The notes: generated by a model not told the origin, from the letters alone. Positions 1 through 10,404 are shown, counted from the stretch's first letter. The stretch is DNA of 64,000 bases from an uncultured bacterium (GCA_965652925.1 CBFGXL010000003.1:9-64008), one strand, 5' to 3'. A program made the numbers and translations.

Positions 1-33
1 GCGTTGCGCTAAAAAACCCGACGTGATTAGTTT

Positions 34-42
34 TGGTATACT
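34..42 (+). promoter_or_regulatory. extended -10 promoter element (TGGTATACT), probable leaderless rarA transcript
   Basis: TGnTATACT ends 6 nt before the ATG at 49; no SD sequence. Confidence 0.5.
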
Positions 43-48
43 GGGGCA

Positions 49-1221
49 ATGGAGCCACTCGCATCCCAAGTGAGGCCTGCTCGCCTCGATGATTTTGTGG
101 GTCAGGACCATTTGGTTGGGCCGGGCATGCCGCTTCGCATTGCCATAGAAGAGAAACACCTTTTTTCATTCATCCTCTGGGGTCCTCCGGGTGTTGGGAA
201 AACGACGCTTGCTCGGATATATGCCCAGAGTGTCAATGCGTTGTTTTATGAACTCTCAGCAGTATCAGCAGGGAAAGATGATATTCGCAAAATTGTAAAA
301 GAGCGGCCATCCTTGCCGGGGCAACCGAAGATACTGTTTCTCGACGAGATACACCGTTTCAACAAGTCACAACAAGATTTTCTGCTTCCGTATGTTGAGT
401 CCGGTGAGCTGACACTCGTAGGTGCTACAACTGAGAATCCGAGCTTTGAAGTCATTTCGCCTCTCTTATCACGTGCACGCGTATTTGTCCTCCATGAACT
501 CACTACTGCAGAGATGGGTCTCATCATTAAGAATGCGGCAAAGAAAGCAAATATGAAGATAGGTGCAAAGGCGCTTTCTTGGCTGTCTGAGCTTGCCAAT
601 GGGGACGCTCGTCAGGCGCTGTCAATGCTTGAGGCGACGCATCATTTATATGGCACGTTGACTATTGAGCATTTTAAACAGGCATTGCAGGCGAAATTTC
701 TCCGCTATGACAAAAAAGGTGAGGAACATTACAACACCATCTCAGCATTTATAAAGAGTATGCGTGCTTCACAACCTGATGCCGCGATGTATTACCTGGC
801 GCGCATGCTTGATGCTGGGGAGGATCCAAAATTCATTGCACGGAGAATGATTATATTTGCAAGCGAAGATATTGGATTGGCACAGCCCACGGCACTTGTG
901 GTGGCGAATGCAGTATTCGAAGCTGTAGAGAAAGTTGGCCTCCCAGAAGCTGCACTCAATCTTGCCCATGGAGTCGCTTATCTCTCACAGGCAAAAAAAG
1001 ACCGAACAGCAAATGATGCCATTGCGCTTGCTGCAAATGACGTGAAGCAATACGGCAACTTACCCATACCTCTTATGATTCGAAATGCCCCCACCAAACT
1101 CATGAAAGAACTGGGGTATAAAAAGGGATATGAAAAATATACCAAAGAAGATCTACTCCCCGATAAAATCAAAGGCAGGCGATATTTCCCAAAGGGTAAC
1201 ATCAACGACGCAAAAAAATGA
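49..1221 (+). CDS. rarA: replication-associated recombination protein A (RarA/MgsA AAA+ ATPase)
   Basis: PLAxxVRP start, Walker A GPPGVGKTT, LFLDEIHRFNKSQQD, GATTENPSF, SAFIKSMR, SEDIGLA. Confidence 0.95.
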   Translation: MEPLASQVRPARLDDFVGQDHLVGPGMPLRIAIEEKHLFSFILWGPPGVGKTTLARIYAQSVNALFYELSAVSAGKDDIRKIVKERPSLPGQPKILFLDEIHRFNKSQQDFLLPYVESGELTLVGATTENPSFEVISPLLSRARVFVLHELTTAEMGLIIKNAAKKANMKIGAKALSWLSELANGDARQALSMLEATHHLYGTLTIEHFKQALQAKFLRYDKKGEEHYNTISAFIKSMRASQPDAAMYYLARMLDAGEDPKFIARRMIIFASEDIGLAQPTALVVANAVFEAVEKVGLPEAALNLAHGVAYLSQAKKDRTANDAIALAANDVKQYGNLPIPLMIRNAPTKLMKELGYKKGYEKYTKEDLLPDKIKGRRYFPKGNINDAKK

Positions 1222-1672
1222 CCGTAAGCGGTACCAGCACGCCGACTGCAAACCCTCCAAGAACCTGGGATACTGTATGCACGCTGATCAACAGACGTGA
1301 ATAGCCTAGGAGTAATCCAAATATAAAAAGTAGCGTGACACAAATAGCAAGGAGGATCGTTTTTTCTTTGGCGTACTTTATTACGAGCCATGAGCACAAA
1401 ACCGCAATAAACATACCTGCCGCAGCATGGCCGCTCGGGAATGCATGTGACGAAAGTTCAACGAGCGCTCCCTCGGGACGGGGTACCGCAAAAATAAATT
1501 TAAGCAACACTACCGCTGCTGTTGTGGCACCAGAAGCATATAAAACCGTAAACGCATCTCTATATTTCTTAAGAGCAAACAGGAACAGCACAACTGCAGC
1601 ACAGAACACCCACAGCAAGGCTGTGGGTGTATAGTCGTGGATCAGCAATCCAAGTTCAGGAGTGAGGAGCAT
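1202..1672 (-). CDS. PAP2 family membrane phosphatase
   Basis: KxxxxxxRP, FPSGHA and SRxxxxxH motifs, several TM helices; start moved to ATG 1672. Confidence 0.85.
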   Translation of the reverse strand: MLLTPELGLLIHDYTPTALLWVFCAAVVLFLFALKKYRDAFTVLYASGATTAAVVLLKFIFAVPRPEGALVELSSHAFPSGHAAAGMFIAVLCSWLVIKYAKEKTILLAICVTLLFIFGLLLGYSRLLISVHTVSQVLGGFAVGVLVPLTVIFLRR

Positions 1673-1676
1673 GTAC

Positions 1677-2609
1677 TTATTGCGGAAAAGAGAAAGTGCC
1701 ATTGTTTCCATCTGTTGGCGTGGTCGTTGCTATTTCCTCTGATGAGGTTCCCGTACTCTCTGAAGGGGCAGTATCTGGAGTGAGAACATTCTCTGCTTGT
1801 CTCCTTCCGCCATATTCCTCAACCTCGATGAAACGGAGCGCTTCAGCTACAGCCAATATTGCCCGAGGGAAGTCGTTCTCTTCTACCGCAGGTGCCACAC
1901 GGTTGATATACACTTGCGCATCGTCAACAACCTCATCGTCCAGTTCCGCATTATCAAGCTTCCGTGAGACTTCCTGCAGTTGTTCTGTTATAAATGCATA
2001 AATATTCTCCGGGGTCTCGCGCTCAACGAATCGGTCGACTCTGTCACTGAAGAGGTTTACACTCTCTCGGCGCACATCCTCCATTTCTTCCCCGAGTGAT
2101 TCCAGTCCTTGTGTATTTTCGGTCACACCTTCAATTGCAGCAGCAACACTTGCAAATGAACTCAGTACAAACAGAATGTCCGGAGATGTCATCTTGTTGT
2201 CGGGGAGATTGACCAGTTCAGTGAGTTTTGCCTGGTGCATATATACACGTTGTTTAAAGGCATCAATCTCCTCTTGTGTAACGGTTTCCTTTTCAGAGAC
2301 TTTCTTGATCTCAGCAAGGCGTGTTTCCATTCGTTTTACCTGGTAGGTTGCCTTACTTTTGGCATCGAACTGGACGGATTCCTGCAAACCTTCAAGGAAT
2401 CCTGTTTTCATGCCATACAGCGTTTCACCAGGGAGACTTCGCGAAGCCATAAAACCGATTGCAAGAAGTACGAGGAAAAATATGACAGCTACTAGTGCAG
2501 CTTTCTTTGTTTGTTCAGTAAGCGGCCCGTGTGTCCACCATGCAATAAGGTTGTTCTGTGGAGATTTTGCCTTTGTTGTTTCTCCATCTGTGTGTATTTG
2601 ATTATCCAT
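1677..2609 (-). CDS. membrane-anchored DUF5667-like helical protein
   Basis: single TM followed by SLPGETLYGMK...E motif, helical body, Thr/Ser-rich tail. Confidence 0.6.
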   Translation of the reverse strand: MDNQIHTDGETTKAKSPQNNLIAWWTHGPLTEQTKKAALVAVIFFLVLLAIGFMASRSLPGETLYGMKTGFLEGLQESVQFDAKSKATYQVKRMETRLAEIKKVSEKETVTQEEIDAFKQRVYMHQAKLTELVNLPDNKMTSPDILFVLSSFASVAAAIEGVTENTQGLESLGEEMEDVRRESVNLFSDRVDRFVERETPENIYAFITEQLQEVSRKLDNAELDDEVVDDAQVYINRVAPAVEENDFPRAILAVAEALRFIEVEEYGGRRQAENVLTPDTAPSESTGTSSEEIATTTPTDGNNGTFSFPQ

Positions 2610-2855
2610 ACAATAGCTGAAATATTATCTTCTGCTTCACACTGCATCTCTGAATGCCTGATCCGTTCAGTTCAGTGTTGAACTCTACTTTATTTCTATG
2701 AAGACATAATGAAGAGCTTGTCTTTATTATATCTTCATCTTGCTTATGTATAAAAGTACTGATGCAGTTTATGAAAGCATTATTCAGTATCCTTCTTGTT
2801 GCGTACACGCTTTATAGGCGTATACGGGTACTGTTTTCTCTATTCAAACGATGAT

Positions 2856-2993
2856 ATGGCAATTTTTTTGAAAGTCGTTATTGGTTTCTTTCTGTTCCTT
2901 GTTCTTGCGCTTTTTATCTTGGCGTATCTTGGGCCTGTTCCTGCTCAGAATGATCGTTTCACTCAAAGCTTCATACTTCTTTCACTACGGTAG
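2856..2993 (+). CDS. small hypothetical membrane protein
   Basis: 45-aa ORF with strong hydrophobic helix (MAIFLKVVIGFFLFLVLALFILAYL) in an intergenic gap. Confidence 0.4.
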   Translation: MAIFLKVVIGFFLFLVLALFILAYLGPVPAQNDRFTQSFILLSLR

Positions 2994-3028
2994 GACACTA
3001 TAGCAGAGCAGAAGAATTCTAAAGAAAC

Positions 3029-3403
3029 ATGAAACCGACACTACTGAACAAATATGGATACGTTTGGGTGACACTCGTTCTTTTCTTCGGAAGTTTCATT
3101 GGACATTGGTCATTTGCTTGGCTCGCATTCGTGAATGAACAGGCAGTTTTAGGACAACAACCTGATATCGGGGATTACTTTGTTGAGGTAGCACGCGATA
3201 CCTTCGAGAACTGGCAGTCAGAATTTTTACAGCTCATATGGCAAGTTGCTGGGTTGGCACTGCTCTTGTATGTGGGATCGCCGCAGTCAAAAGAAGGGGA
3301 TGACCGTAAGGAAGAGAAACTTGACCACATTCTCCGTGCAGCATATGGGGAAAAAGCACAAAGTATCATCTCCGAACTTGAGAGAAAATATCCCCGGAAA
3401 TAA
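3029..3403 (+). CDS. DUF6766-like membrane protein
   Basis: FENWQSEFLQ and GSPQSK motifs, two TM helices. Confidence 0.7.
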   Translation: MKPTLLNKYGYVWVTLVLFFGSFIGHWSFAWLAFVNEQAVLGQQPDIGDYFVEVARDTFENWQSEFLQLIWQVAGLALLLYVGSPQSKEGDDRKEEKLDHILRAAYGEKAQSIISELERKYPRK

Positions 3404-3438
3404 TTGCATACAACTTGCAACAGGTGCATAGTATCAAT

Positions 3439-3825
3439 ATGAAATCCGATCAAGAACTGAAACAGGAGAACCCCGAACTATACCGAATCGCGCGAGAGCA
3501 GGGTACAGAAGCACCTTTTACAGGTGCGTATGTAGAGGAAAAAAGAAGCGGCATATATCACTGTGCAGTATGTGACGCGGCATTATTCTCGTCTGATTCG
3601 AAGTTTGACAGTAAATCAGGATGGCCTTCTTTCACAGATCCTGCTGTTGCACGCGCGGTAACGCTCCATCCTGATGAGTCCCACGGCATGGTTAGAACTG
3701 AAGTACGTTGTGCGCACTGCGGCGCACATCTCGGGCATGTGTTTCCTGACGGTCCAGTGAAAGGCACCAAGACATGCGACCGTTATTGCATCAACAGCGT
3801 GTCGCTGGTCCTTAAAGAAGAATGA
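3439..3825 (+). CDS. msrB: peptide-methionine (R)-S-oxide reductase MsrB
   Basis: GTEAPFTG, CxxC, KFDSxSGWPSF, RTEVRCxxCGAHLGHVFPDGP, RYCINS. Confidence 0.95.
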   Translation: MKSDQELKQENPELYRIAREQGTEAPFTGAYVEEKRSGIYHCAVCDAALFSSDSKFDSKSGWPSFTDPAVARAVTLHPDESHGMVRTEVRCAHCGAHLGHVFPDGPVKGTKTCDRYCINSVSLVLKEE

Positions 3826-3831
3826 TTACGT

Positions 3832-4320
3832 ATGACAAAGCAAGCATATCTCGCTGGAGGTTGTTTTTGGGGACTCGAAGAGCTGTTTCGGACGCTTCCA
3901 GGAGTGAGTGACACCGAGGCGGGATACACAGGCGGCACAAATGATAATCCAACCTACGAGCATCACCCGGGGCATGCTGAAGCTTTGTGCATTACATATG
4001 ATGCAGATAAAATTTCATACAAGCAGCTGCTCGATTTCTTTTTTCAGATTCACAATCCCACCACGCTTAATAGGCAGGGTAATGATATAGGGAGCTCATA
4101 CCGTTCTGCGATTTTCTTTGCAAATGAGGAGGAGAAAAATATTGCACTAGAGATGATCACTATTGTGAATGCATCGAAGCGGTGGAAAGACCCGGTTGTT
4201 ACAACACTCGAACCGTTCAGCGGTTTCTACAAAGCTGAAGAATATCATCAGGATTATTTACAGAAGCATCCAGGCGGATACACATGTCATGCCATATACT
4301 TCGATAGTTACCTGAATTAG
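3832..4320 (+). CDS. msrA: peptide-methionine (S)-S-oxide reductase MsrA
   Basis: GGCFWG, GHAE, RQGNDIGSSYRS, AEEYHQDYL. Confidence 0.95.
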   Translation: MTKQAYLAGGCFWGLEELFRTLPGVSDTEAGYTGGTNDNPTYEHHPGHAEALCITYDADKISYKQLLDFFFQIHNPTTLNRQGNDIGSSYRSAIFFANEEEKNIALEMITIVNASKRWKDPVVTTLEPFSGFYKAEEYHQDYLQKHPGGYTCHAIYFDSYLN

Positions 4321-4323
4321 CGT

Positions 4324-5547
4324 CTATCGATATTGCGCCAATTCTTCCTTAAGACGGGAGATCTCTTTCTTGAGCTCAATCATTTTCAGTTCACGCTCTA
4401 CCATGAGCTTATTCATTCCCGCCTTTTCTTCGAGGCTCTTGCGCAGGCTCTCATTTGATTCTTTCTCTTTTTGATTGAGCTCCTGCTGTTTCTGAAGTTC
4501 TCGTTCTTCCAACTTCTTGTATTTAGCAAGTTCATCAAACAAATGGTTTATCTGTTCTGCAAGCTTTCCCACATCATCTTTTCCTCCCATATGCACTTCA
4601 GCAAAACTGAGGTTGTCCATCGAAATAGCCCGCATCTCTTTACTTAACTGGGCAAAACGTCGCAAGAGGAGTTTTTCAAGCAGAATCAGTATTGTTCCGC
4701 CAAGTAGCAGGATGGAGACTATTGAGATCAATAAAAATGCGCGTATTGTGTCTTCTCCCTGGGCAGTTATTTCGCGGGGGACATCAATTTTTATGATAAG
4801 TGCAGGTTCACCCATTATGTTGTCGAGCTTAAAATATCCTGCAAGCGTGTCCTTCGAAAGTTTTTGTATAACAGAAGGGGTAACGTCGAGCTGTTGTTGT
4901 GCATATCCAACATCTGCGGGGAGTTCCTGATCTGGGGTAAATGTCTCAATAGATAATTGGGTGACATCCTCAAGCCCTTCCATAAGCTCGTCATCGATAA
5001 ATCTGCCAAATATCAGCGTACCAGCTTTTGGGCCTGAGCCGTCGCTGTATGTAATTGGCTGGGAAACAACAAGCATCGTGCCCTCCTGTAAACTGATGAG
5101 TCCTTGCATCCCTTCTTCGTCCGGAGAAAGAAGGGAGGGGTAACTTAAGATCTGTTGCGTGATTGATGAGGATGGAACATTCACTTCTTCTGCAAGATCA
5201 ACCAGAGTTGAGAAGACAACCTCATTGTTATTGTTGATAAAGGCCATCAGATTGATCTGCAAATTTATCAGTGTTTCATCCGAAAGGTTGGATTCAATGT
5301 ATTCAGTATTGCCGTCGCCTATAAATTGATATGTATCATCCCATTGTGCCCAGTCTGCGAGTTTTATCTGCAGTGAAACTAATTTTTCGTCGAACGAACT
5401 GTGTACTCGGGTAAGGTTCTGCTCCATCTGCGCAGTTTCAATTTTCTCAAAGCTTTTAAGAAGCACGACTTGTGAGATGGTATATATCACCCCTGCAAGA
5501 AGGAGGACACTGGTAATAATTACAGCAATGATTTTAAGTCTGATCAT
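4324..5547 (-). CDS. membrane sensor: CHASE4 + HAMP + C-terminal RELKMIELK coiled coil, no output domain
   Basis: DWAQWDDTYQF (CHASE4), GTLIFGR, two TMs, HAMP-like DDVGKLAEQINHL, then coiled coil to the stop. Confidence 0.8.
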   Translation of the reverse strand: MIRLKIIAVIITSVLLLAGVIYTISQVVLLKSFEKIETAQMEQNLTRVHSSFDEKLVSLQIKLADWAQWDDTYQFIGDGNTEYIESNLSDETLINLQINLMAFINNNNEVVFSTLVDLAEEVNVPSSSITQQILSYPSLLSPDEEGMQGLISLQEGTMLVVSQPITYSDGSGPKAGTLIFGRFIDDELMEGLEDVTQLSIETFTPDQELPADVGYAQQQLDVTPSVIQKLSKDTLAGYFKLDNIMGEPALIIKIDVPREITAQGEDTIRAFLLISIVSILLLGGTILILLEKLLLRRFAQLSKEMRAISMDNLSFAEVHMGGKDDVGKLAEQINHLFDELAKYKKLEERELQKQQELNQKEKESNESLRKSLEEKAGMNKLMVERELKMIELKKEISRLKEELAQYR

Positions 5548-5667
5548 GGTATACGTACATTCTATAATGGATGAGATAAGAAGTTCTGGAGTGTCAGTGT
5601 GTATAGTGACAGTCCTTTGTTATGGTGCGCGTGTGATAATGAGTGAAAGCTAAGTTTAATTAAAATT

Positions 5668-6714
5668 ATGAAATGGATATTGGGTTTAATCGCTGTGCTG
5701 TTAGTGGCAGGAGGTGTTGCCACATACGTACTTTTGTTCCTACAGCCTTCTGATCAAGGTTTGACACAGATAGCGGATGAGGACCGGCTTGTAATAGGCC
5801 TTTCGATGGGGACACTTCGCTCTGAGCGCTGGGTACAAGACCGGGATCATTTTGTTGCTCGCGCCGAAGAATTGGGTGCAGAGGTGATTGTTTTTTCAGC
5901 TAATGAGGATCCAGAAGAACAGAACAGGCAGGCTGAAAATCTTATTCTCCAAGGCGTTGATGTGCTCGTAGTTGTTGCAGAAGACTCACAGAAAGCCTCT
6001 GTAATAGTAGATTACGCACATGCAGCTGGTATTAAAGTTATTGCATATGACCGACTGATCCAAAATCCGTCTCTTGATTACTATGTCACCTTTGACAACG
6101 TCAAGGTGGGCGAATACCAGGCACAGAAAGTCTTGGACGTGGTGCCGGAAGGAGATTTTGCCTATGTGGGTGGATCTCCAACTGACAACAATGCATATCT
6201 GGTGAAGGAGGGTAGTATGAACGTATTACAGCCACTGATCGACGAAGGGAAGGTCAACCTTGTCTTTGACGAGTTTAGTGATGACTGGAAGCAGGAAATT
6301 GCATATCAGAATATAAAAGAATTTCTCACTGAAGGTGGAAGCGTTGACGCGGTTATCGCCGCAAATGATTCTACGGCAGCGGGAGTCATACAGGCTTTGG
6401 AAGAGGCGGATCTTGCAGGAAAAGTTCCCGTGTCGGGACAAGATGCAGCGCTTGGTGCAGTACAGAATATCGTAGCGGGGAAACAGACAGTCAGCATTTA
6501 CAAGCCGATTAAGGAACTTGCCTATAAGGCTGCCGAAATCGCAGTTGCTGTTGTTAAGGAGGAGCCATTTATGGTGAATTATCATACTGAAAATGGCGAT
6601 TCAACCACTCCATCTTTCCTACTGGATGTAGTTCCGGTGACAAAGGACAATATCGATGAAACCGTCATCAAAGATGGTTTCCACAAGCGAGAAGAAGTTT
6701 ACTTTGGACAATAG
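5668..6714 (+). CDS. XylF/ChvE-like sugar-binding protein (orphan)
   Basis: ERWVQDRDHF, VIAYDRLI, FDNVKVG, GGSPTDNNA, VSGQDA, YKPI; N-terminal membrane anchor. Confidence 0.85.
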   Translation: MKWILGLIAVLLVAGGVATYVLLFLQPSDQGLTQIADEDRLVIGLSMGTLRSERWVQDRDHFVARAEELGAEVIVFSANEDPEEQNRQAENLILQGVDVLVVVAEDSQKASVIVDYAHAAGIKVIAYDRLIQNPSLDYYVTFDNVKVGEYQAQKVLDVVPEGDFAYVGGSPTDNNAYLVKEGSMNVLQPLIDEGKVNLVFDEFSDDWKQEIAYQNIKEFLTEGGSVDAVIAANDSTAAGVIQALEEADLAGKVPVSGQDAALGAVQNIVAGKQTVSIYKPIKELAYKAAEIAVAVVKEEPFMVNYHTENGDSTTPSFLLDVVPVTKDNIDETVIKDGFHKREEVYFGQ

Positions 6715-6720
6715 AACTGT

Positions 6721-7671
6721 ATGAGCATACGACAGAAAATATTCCTTTCTTCTGTTGTTGTTGTATTCCTGATGTTTATTGCTCTTGCCAGCTTCTTTTT
6801 TTTCCACCGTGTAGCCATTGTCGAATATAAGACCATATCCGAGAATCTCATTCTTGAAAATGAATTGGCACAAAAAGTAAATGTACTTGTTGAATCATAC
6901 AATGCCATTGTTATTGCCCCATCAAGTCAGGAGAGGAAGGAGACCTATAAGGCCAATTACGAAGATATAGCTCGTATCATACGCACGCTTGATGAGGCAG
7001 TTGAAAGTGAAGACAGTAAAGTTGCGTATGCTGGGCTCAGACGCATTGTGCTCCTTCTTCTTGAGGATTGTCAAAATGGTATAACCGCACTTGAAAGTGG
7101 TGACACGACAGTTGCGCTCGAATATTACAATGATGCGCAGCACAAGCTTGGCTTCGTCCTTTCAAATACCACCTCGTTTTTGCTCACCGAGATACAGCAC
7201 CTGCATGAGGTGCAAGAGAGGATAGAGAAGCGTTACAGCCAACAGCTGTGGGCAACAGCTTTGTGGACACTCCTTTTGGTCTTTGGTGCTGTTTTGTATG
7301 CACTTATCTTTGCTCGCAGGATCACTTCACCGGTTAATATGCTCTCACATATTTCTGCAAAAGTTTCTGAAGGCAACTTCAATCAGCAAATTCCACAAGA
7401 ACTTCTCAGCCGTTCTGATGAGGTCGGAGGTTTTGCACGCTCATTTCACGTTATGCTCGAGAAACTTAACCACAAAATTAACCAGGTAGAGACAGCAAAT
7501 GAGACGATCCTCAAAACTCAAGAGGACCTAACAGTGCGTAATCAAGAACTTGAAAAATTCAATCGTATGGTTGTTGGCCGAGAGTTGAAAATGATCGAGC
7601 TTAAAGAACGTATTGCAACACTTGAAGAGAAGCTCAAAGATTGCGATCAGGCGAAGTTAAAAAGCGAATGA
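6721..7671 (+). CDS. membrane sensor: helical extracellular domain + HAMP + RELKMIELK coiled coil, no output domain
   Basis: two TMs, HAMP (ITSPV...SDEVGGFARSFHVM), terminal coiled coil; starts 6 nt after the sugar-binding gene. Confidence 0.8.
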   Translation: MSIRQKIFLSSVVVVFLMFIALASFFFFHRVAIVEYKTISENLILENELAQKVNVLVESYNAIVIAPSSQERKETYKANYEDIARIIRTLDEAVESEDSKVAYAGLRRIVLLLLEDCQNGITALESGDTTVALEYYNDAQHKLGFVLSNTTSFLLTEIQHLHEVQERIEKRYSQQLWATALWTLLLVFGAVLYALIFARRITSPVNMLSHISAKVSEGNFNQQIPQELLSRSDEVGGFARSFHVMLEKLNHKINQVETANETILKTQEDLTVRNQELEKFNRMVVGRELKMIELKERIATLEEKLKDCDQAKLKSE

Positions 7672-9634
7672 CAAAAGTGGTGTCGCCGTGTTCATTCTTG
7701 GCTGCGGTGATAGTTCCATTGTGCAGCTCGACGATTTTTTTGCTGATGGCCAATCCGAGACCTGTGCCCTTAATTGAGCTTGTGGTATGCGTCCGATAGA
7801 AACGCTCAAAAATGTGGGGCAGGTCAGTTGTGTCTATACCGAGTCCGTTATCTGTAATTTGAATTTGTATCGCGTCATCTTTCATGGAGAGAGAAAGAGA
7901 AATAAATGGTTTGCTTTTCTTGGGATCGCTGTATTTGACCGCATTGCTCACCAGATTCGTAAGCAGTTCACGAATCTGTGGTACATCGCATGAAAAGAAA
8001 ATATTCCGCTCGATATTTTTTTCAAATGCTATGCCCTGATGCTGTGCCATCACTTCAAAGTATTCAACAAGTTCTTGCAACAAATCACTGAGATTACATT
8101 TTTTCTTCGCTACTATTTTTTCACCCGCATTTTCAAGCTGTGCAAGATGCAAAAGATCGTATACAAATGCAGATATGTCATCAATAGTACGCTCAAATAA
8201 ATTAAATGTGTCATCTTGGGGCAAATGTTTCCGCAACAATGCAAGCTGTGATTTAACCACGGTTAAGGGGCTTTGCAATTTGTGTGAAATATCGAGTAAG
8301 ATTTGCGCCTGATGATCTTGCATGTCGCGTATTTGCTGCGTACGCTGTGCAACGCGCGCCTCAAGGTCTTTCGAATATGCCTGCACTTCGCTATAGAGTC
8401 TCGCTTTTTGGAATGCTGATGCGATCTGGTGCGAAAAGGTCCTGATAAGGACCAAATCCTCATCAGTGTACGGATCGCCTGACTTTTTCGTACCCATGAA
8501 GATCCCGCCAATGGCATTTCCCTCAAAGATAATAGGGACATTGAGTGTGACCCTCTTTTCGTTTTTTGTGTCGTCATTGAACTGATCTAGTTCATTTTCG
8601 TTTACAAACTCGACTCTCACGAGGGTGGTTTTAAGGATCCTTCCAAGGGTTTCTTCAGTGAGTTGTTGAATGTCTTTAAGAAGAACACTCTTATGTATCT
8701 TCTCGCTCAGCTCGTAGAGAGCATCAGCATAGTTGTACGTATCCTTGAAGAAAAACCTGTCAGTTTTTTTGCGCAGATACCGGTCTATGTGCGGGACGGA
8801 GAAAATACCAAGCACAGTGGTGATACCGGCATTTACCATAATTGCCGTAAGAGTCATCTGTTGCAGGAAAAAGCTTGTCAGTGTGATGATCGATAGATAA
8901 AAACTTACGATAAAGGCAAACAGCAGAGAATAAATAATTCCTCGCTGTACTACAATGCGAATATCGAAGAGTTTGTGTTTCAGGATCGCGTATGCGGTTG
9001 TAATTGCTAAGATCACTGAAAATTGTGGCGCGACGTTAAAGAAACGCAATTCACCCAGAAGCGGAAGGATGATCCCAAACGTAACCCCACCAAAAAATAA
9101 AGCGAGGAACCCAATGGTGATATAGAGAGTTTGCAGCTTTCTCTCCCCGGTTGCCTTTTTAAAGAGACGTAGTAGCCGTGATAGAACATACAGCAGTCCG
9201 CCGAAAAGAAAAACGAGATAGAAATAATATTGAACTCCAGGAATGATCTGCGCTGGTTCGCCTTCGGGGAATGCAGTGCCTAATATCGCATAGTCAGAGA
9301 AAGAAAAAATGGCAAACAAGGCACTTGGGAGGGCATAAAAAACAAGGCGCTGAAAAGATGGCAGACGCCCGTCGACGAATGTGTCAACAAATATGAGAAA
9401 GAAGGTAACTATAAATGCGCTTGCAGTAAATGCAATGCCGCTCCATATAATAAGCGGGGTAGGCGACGTTGAGATATCAGCGGCGGCGTTCCCTCCTATC
9501 CATAAAGCATCAGCAAGAATGTAGAGAATGAAGACATGGGTAAGCGGATCTTTTTTACCCTTTACGAAAAGAAAAACTGCAATACCGACCGAAAGGACCG
9601 TCAGTATTGCAGCTGTGTAGGTAAAGAGAAACAT
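7634..9634 (-). CDS. sensor histidine kinase with N-terminal 7TM region, GAF, HisKA and HATPase
   Basis: multi-TM N-terminus, LFDIRIVV linker, GAF-like KKSGDPYTDEDLVLI, H-box ISHKLQSPL, NLVSNAVKY, DNGLGI, FERFYR, GTGLGLAI. Confidence 0.9.
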   Translation of the reverse strand: MFLFTYTAAILTVLSVGIAVFLFVKGKKDPLTHVFILYILADALWIGGNAAADISTSPTPLIIWSGIAFTASAFIVTFFLIFVDTFVDGRLPSFQRLVFYALPSALFAIFSFSDYAILGTAFPEGEPAQIIPGVQYYFYLVFLFGGLLYVLSRLLRLFKKATGERKLQTLYITIGFLALFFGGVTFGIILPLLGELRFFNVAPQFSVILAITTAYAILKHKLFDIRIVVQRGIIYSLLFAFIVSFYLSIITLTSFFLQQMTLTAIMVNAGITTVLGIFSVPHIDRYLRKKTDRFFFKDTYNYADALYELSEKIHKSVLLKDIQQLTEETLGRILKTTLVRVEFVNENELDQFNDDTKNEKRVTLNVPIIFEGNAIGGIFMGTKKSGDPYTDEDLVLIRTFSHQIASAFQKARLYSEVQAYSKDLEARVAQRTQQIRDMQDHQAQILLDISHKLQSPLTVVKSQLALLRKHLPQDDTFNLFERTIDDISAFVYDLLHLAQLENAGEKIVAKKKCNLSDLLQELVEYFEVMAQHQGIAFEKNIERNIFFSCDVPQIRELLTNLVSNAVKYSDPKKSKPFISLSLSMKDDAIQIQITDNGLGIDTTDLPHIFERFYRTHTTSSIKGTGLGLAISKKIVELHNGTITAAKNEHGDTTFVIRFLTSPDRNL

Positions 9635-9638
9635 ATGT

Positions 9639-10364
9639 CTATATCGTTGAGAAGTCGGAAGCAAGGAAAGCTCCATACCCTCGGCTTTTCGGATCCTTCA
9701 TCAAGTTGGGGATGACGCATATAAGCCCCGCCCGCAAAGACTCCGTGCTGAACCTCAAAAGAGAGTCCGGCCGGCGGAGCTTCGGCAGATCAAGCACCGG
9801 TTGTGGGGCAGATGCTTCCCATGTTGTTGTCTGGTGGAGGAGTTTCATGCTCTCATGGGCATACCAGAGTGCAATATCCTCTTCTTTGTAGGGAAGTGTG
9901 CCGCCATTCTCTCTCTCAACCGTGCGTAGATAACGGTCGAGATTGACCAACCGCGGAGCTCCGATGAAGTATACCATTTCTCGTTTTTGGAGCAGTATCC
10001 GCAATTCTTTGTTGAGTGCAGCTCCTGCTTCCGATGAACGTTGGACCACATTCACGGCATAGACGGTTTTTGCTGATGGATCATGAGTATGGATACTCCA
10101 CCCATGTCCTGTCTGTGCTTCAGGCGCGGTGTGTTTACTGATCTCATCGAAGGAGAAATGCACTTGAATTGCATAATAGAAGCCGTCGAGGCGCCCTCCT
10201 TTCTCGGCTACGAGGAAAAAGGGAGAATGAACGTCGTACCACTCTTTGAGAGTGGCGTAAGTGAGGATCTCGGTGCCTTCACGTTCCCATCGGGCCTGTT
10301 CGATCTCAACGAGAGTTGGCAAATCTTCTTCTCTGACATTTCGGACTGTGTAGCAGTCGAACAT
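9639..10364 (-). CDS. GNAT-fold (YkwB-like) acyltransferase, divergent
   Basis: VRNVREEDLPTLVEIE, FLVAEKGGRLDG and HDPSAKTVYAVNV resemble GNAT strands; CoA-binding loop is degenerate. Confidence 0.55.
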   Translation of the reverse strand: MFDCYTVRNVREEDLPTLVEIEQARWEREGTEILTYATLKEWYDVHSPFFLVAEKGGRLDGFYYAIQVHFSFDEISKHTAPEAQTGHGWSIHTHDPSAKTVYAVNVVQRSSEAGAALNKELRILLQKREMVYFIGAPRLVNLDRYLRTVERENGGTLPYKEEDIALWYAHESMKLLHQTTTWEASAPQPVLDLPKLRRPDSLLRFSTESLRAGLICVIPNLMKDPKSRGYGAFLASDFSTI

Positions 10365-10404
10365 TGTTTCTTTCTCCTATGTAAGGAACTCGTCTCTGCA
10401 TGCC

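Noticed and set aside
2602-2808. 68-aa ORF upstream of the DUF5667-like gene, and the 12419-12685 ORF
   Set aside because: No motifs; they lie in probable divergent promoter regions or overlap real genes.
5668-6714. Xylose ABC transporter operon
   Set aside because: No permease or ATPase adjacent; the neighbour is a HAMP receptor.
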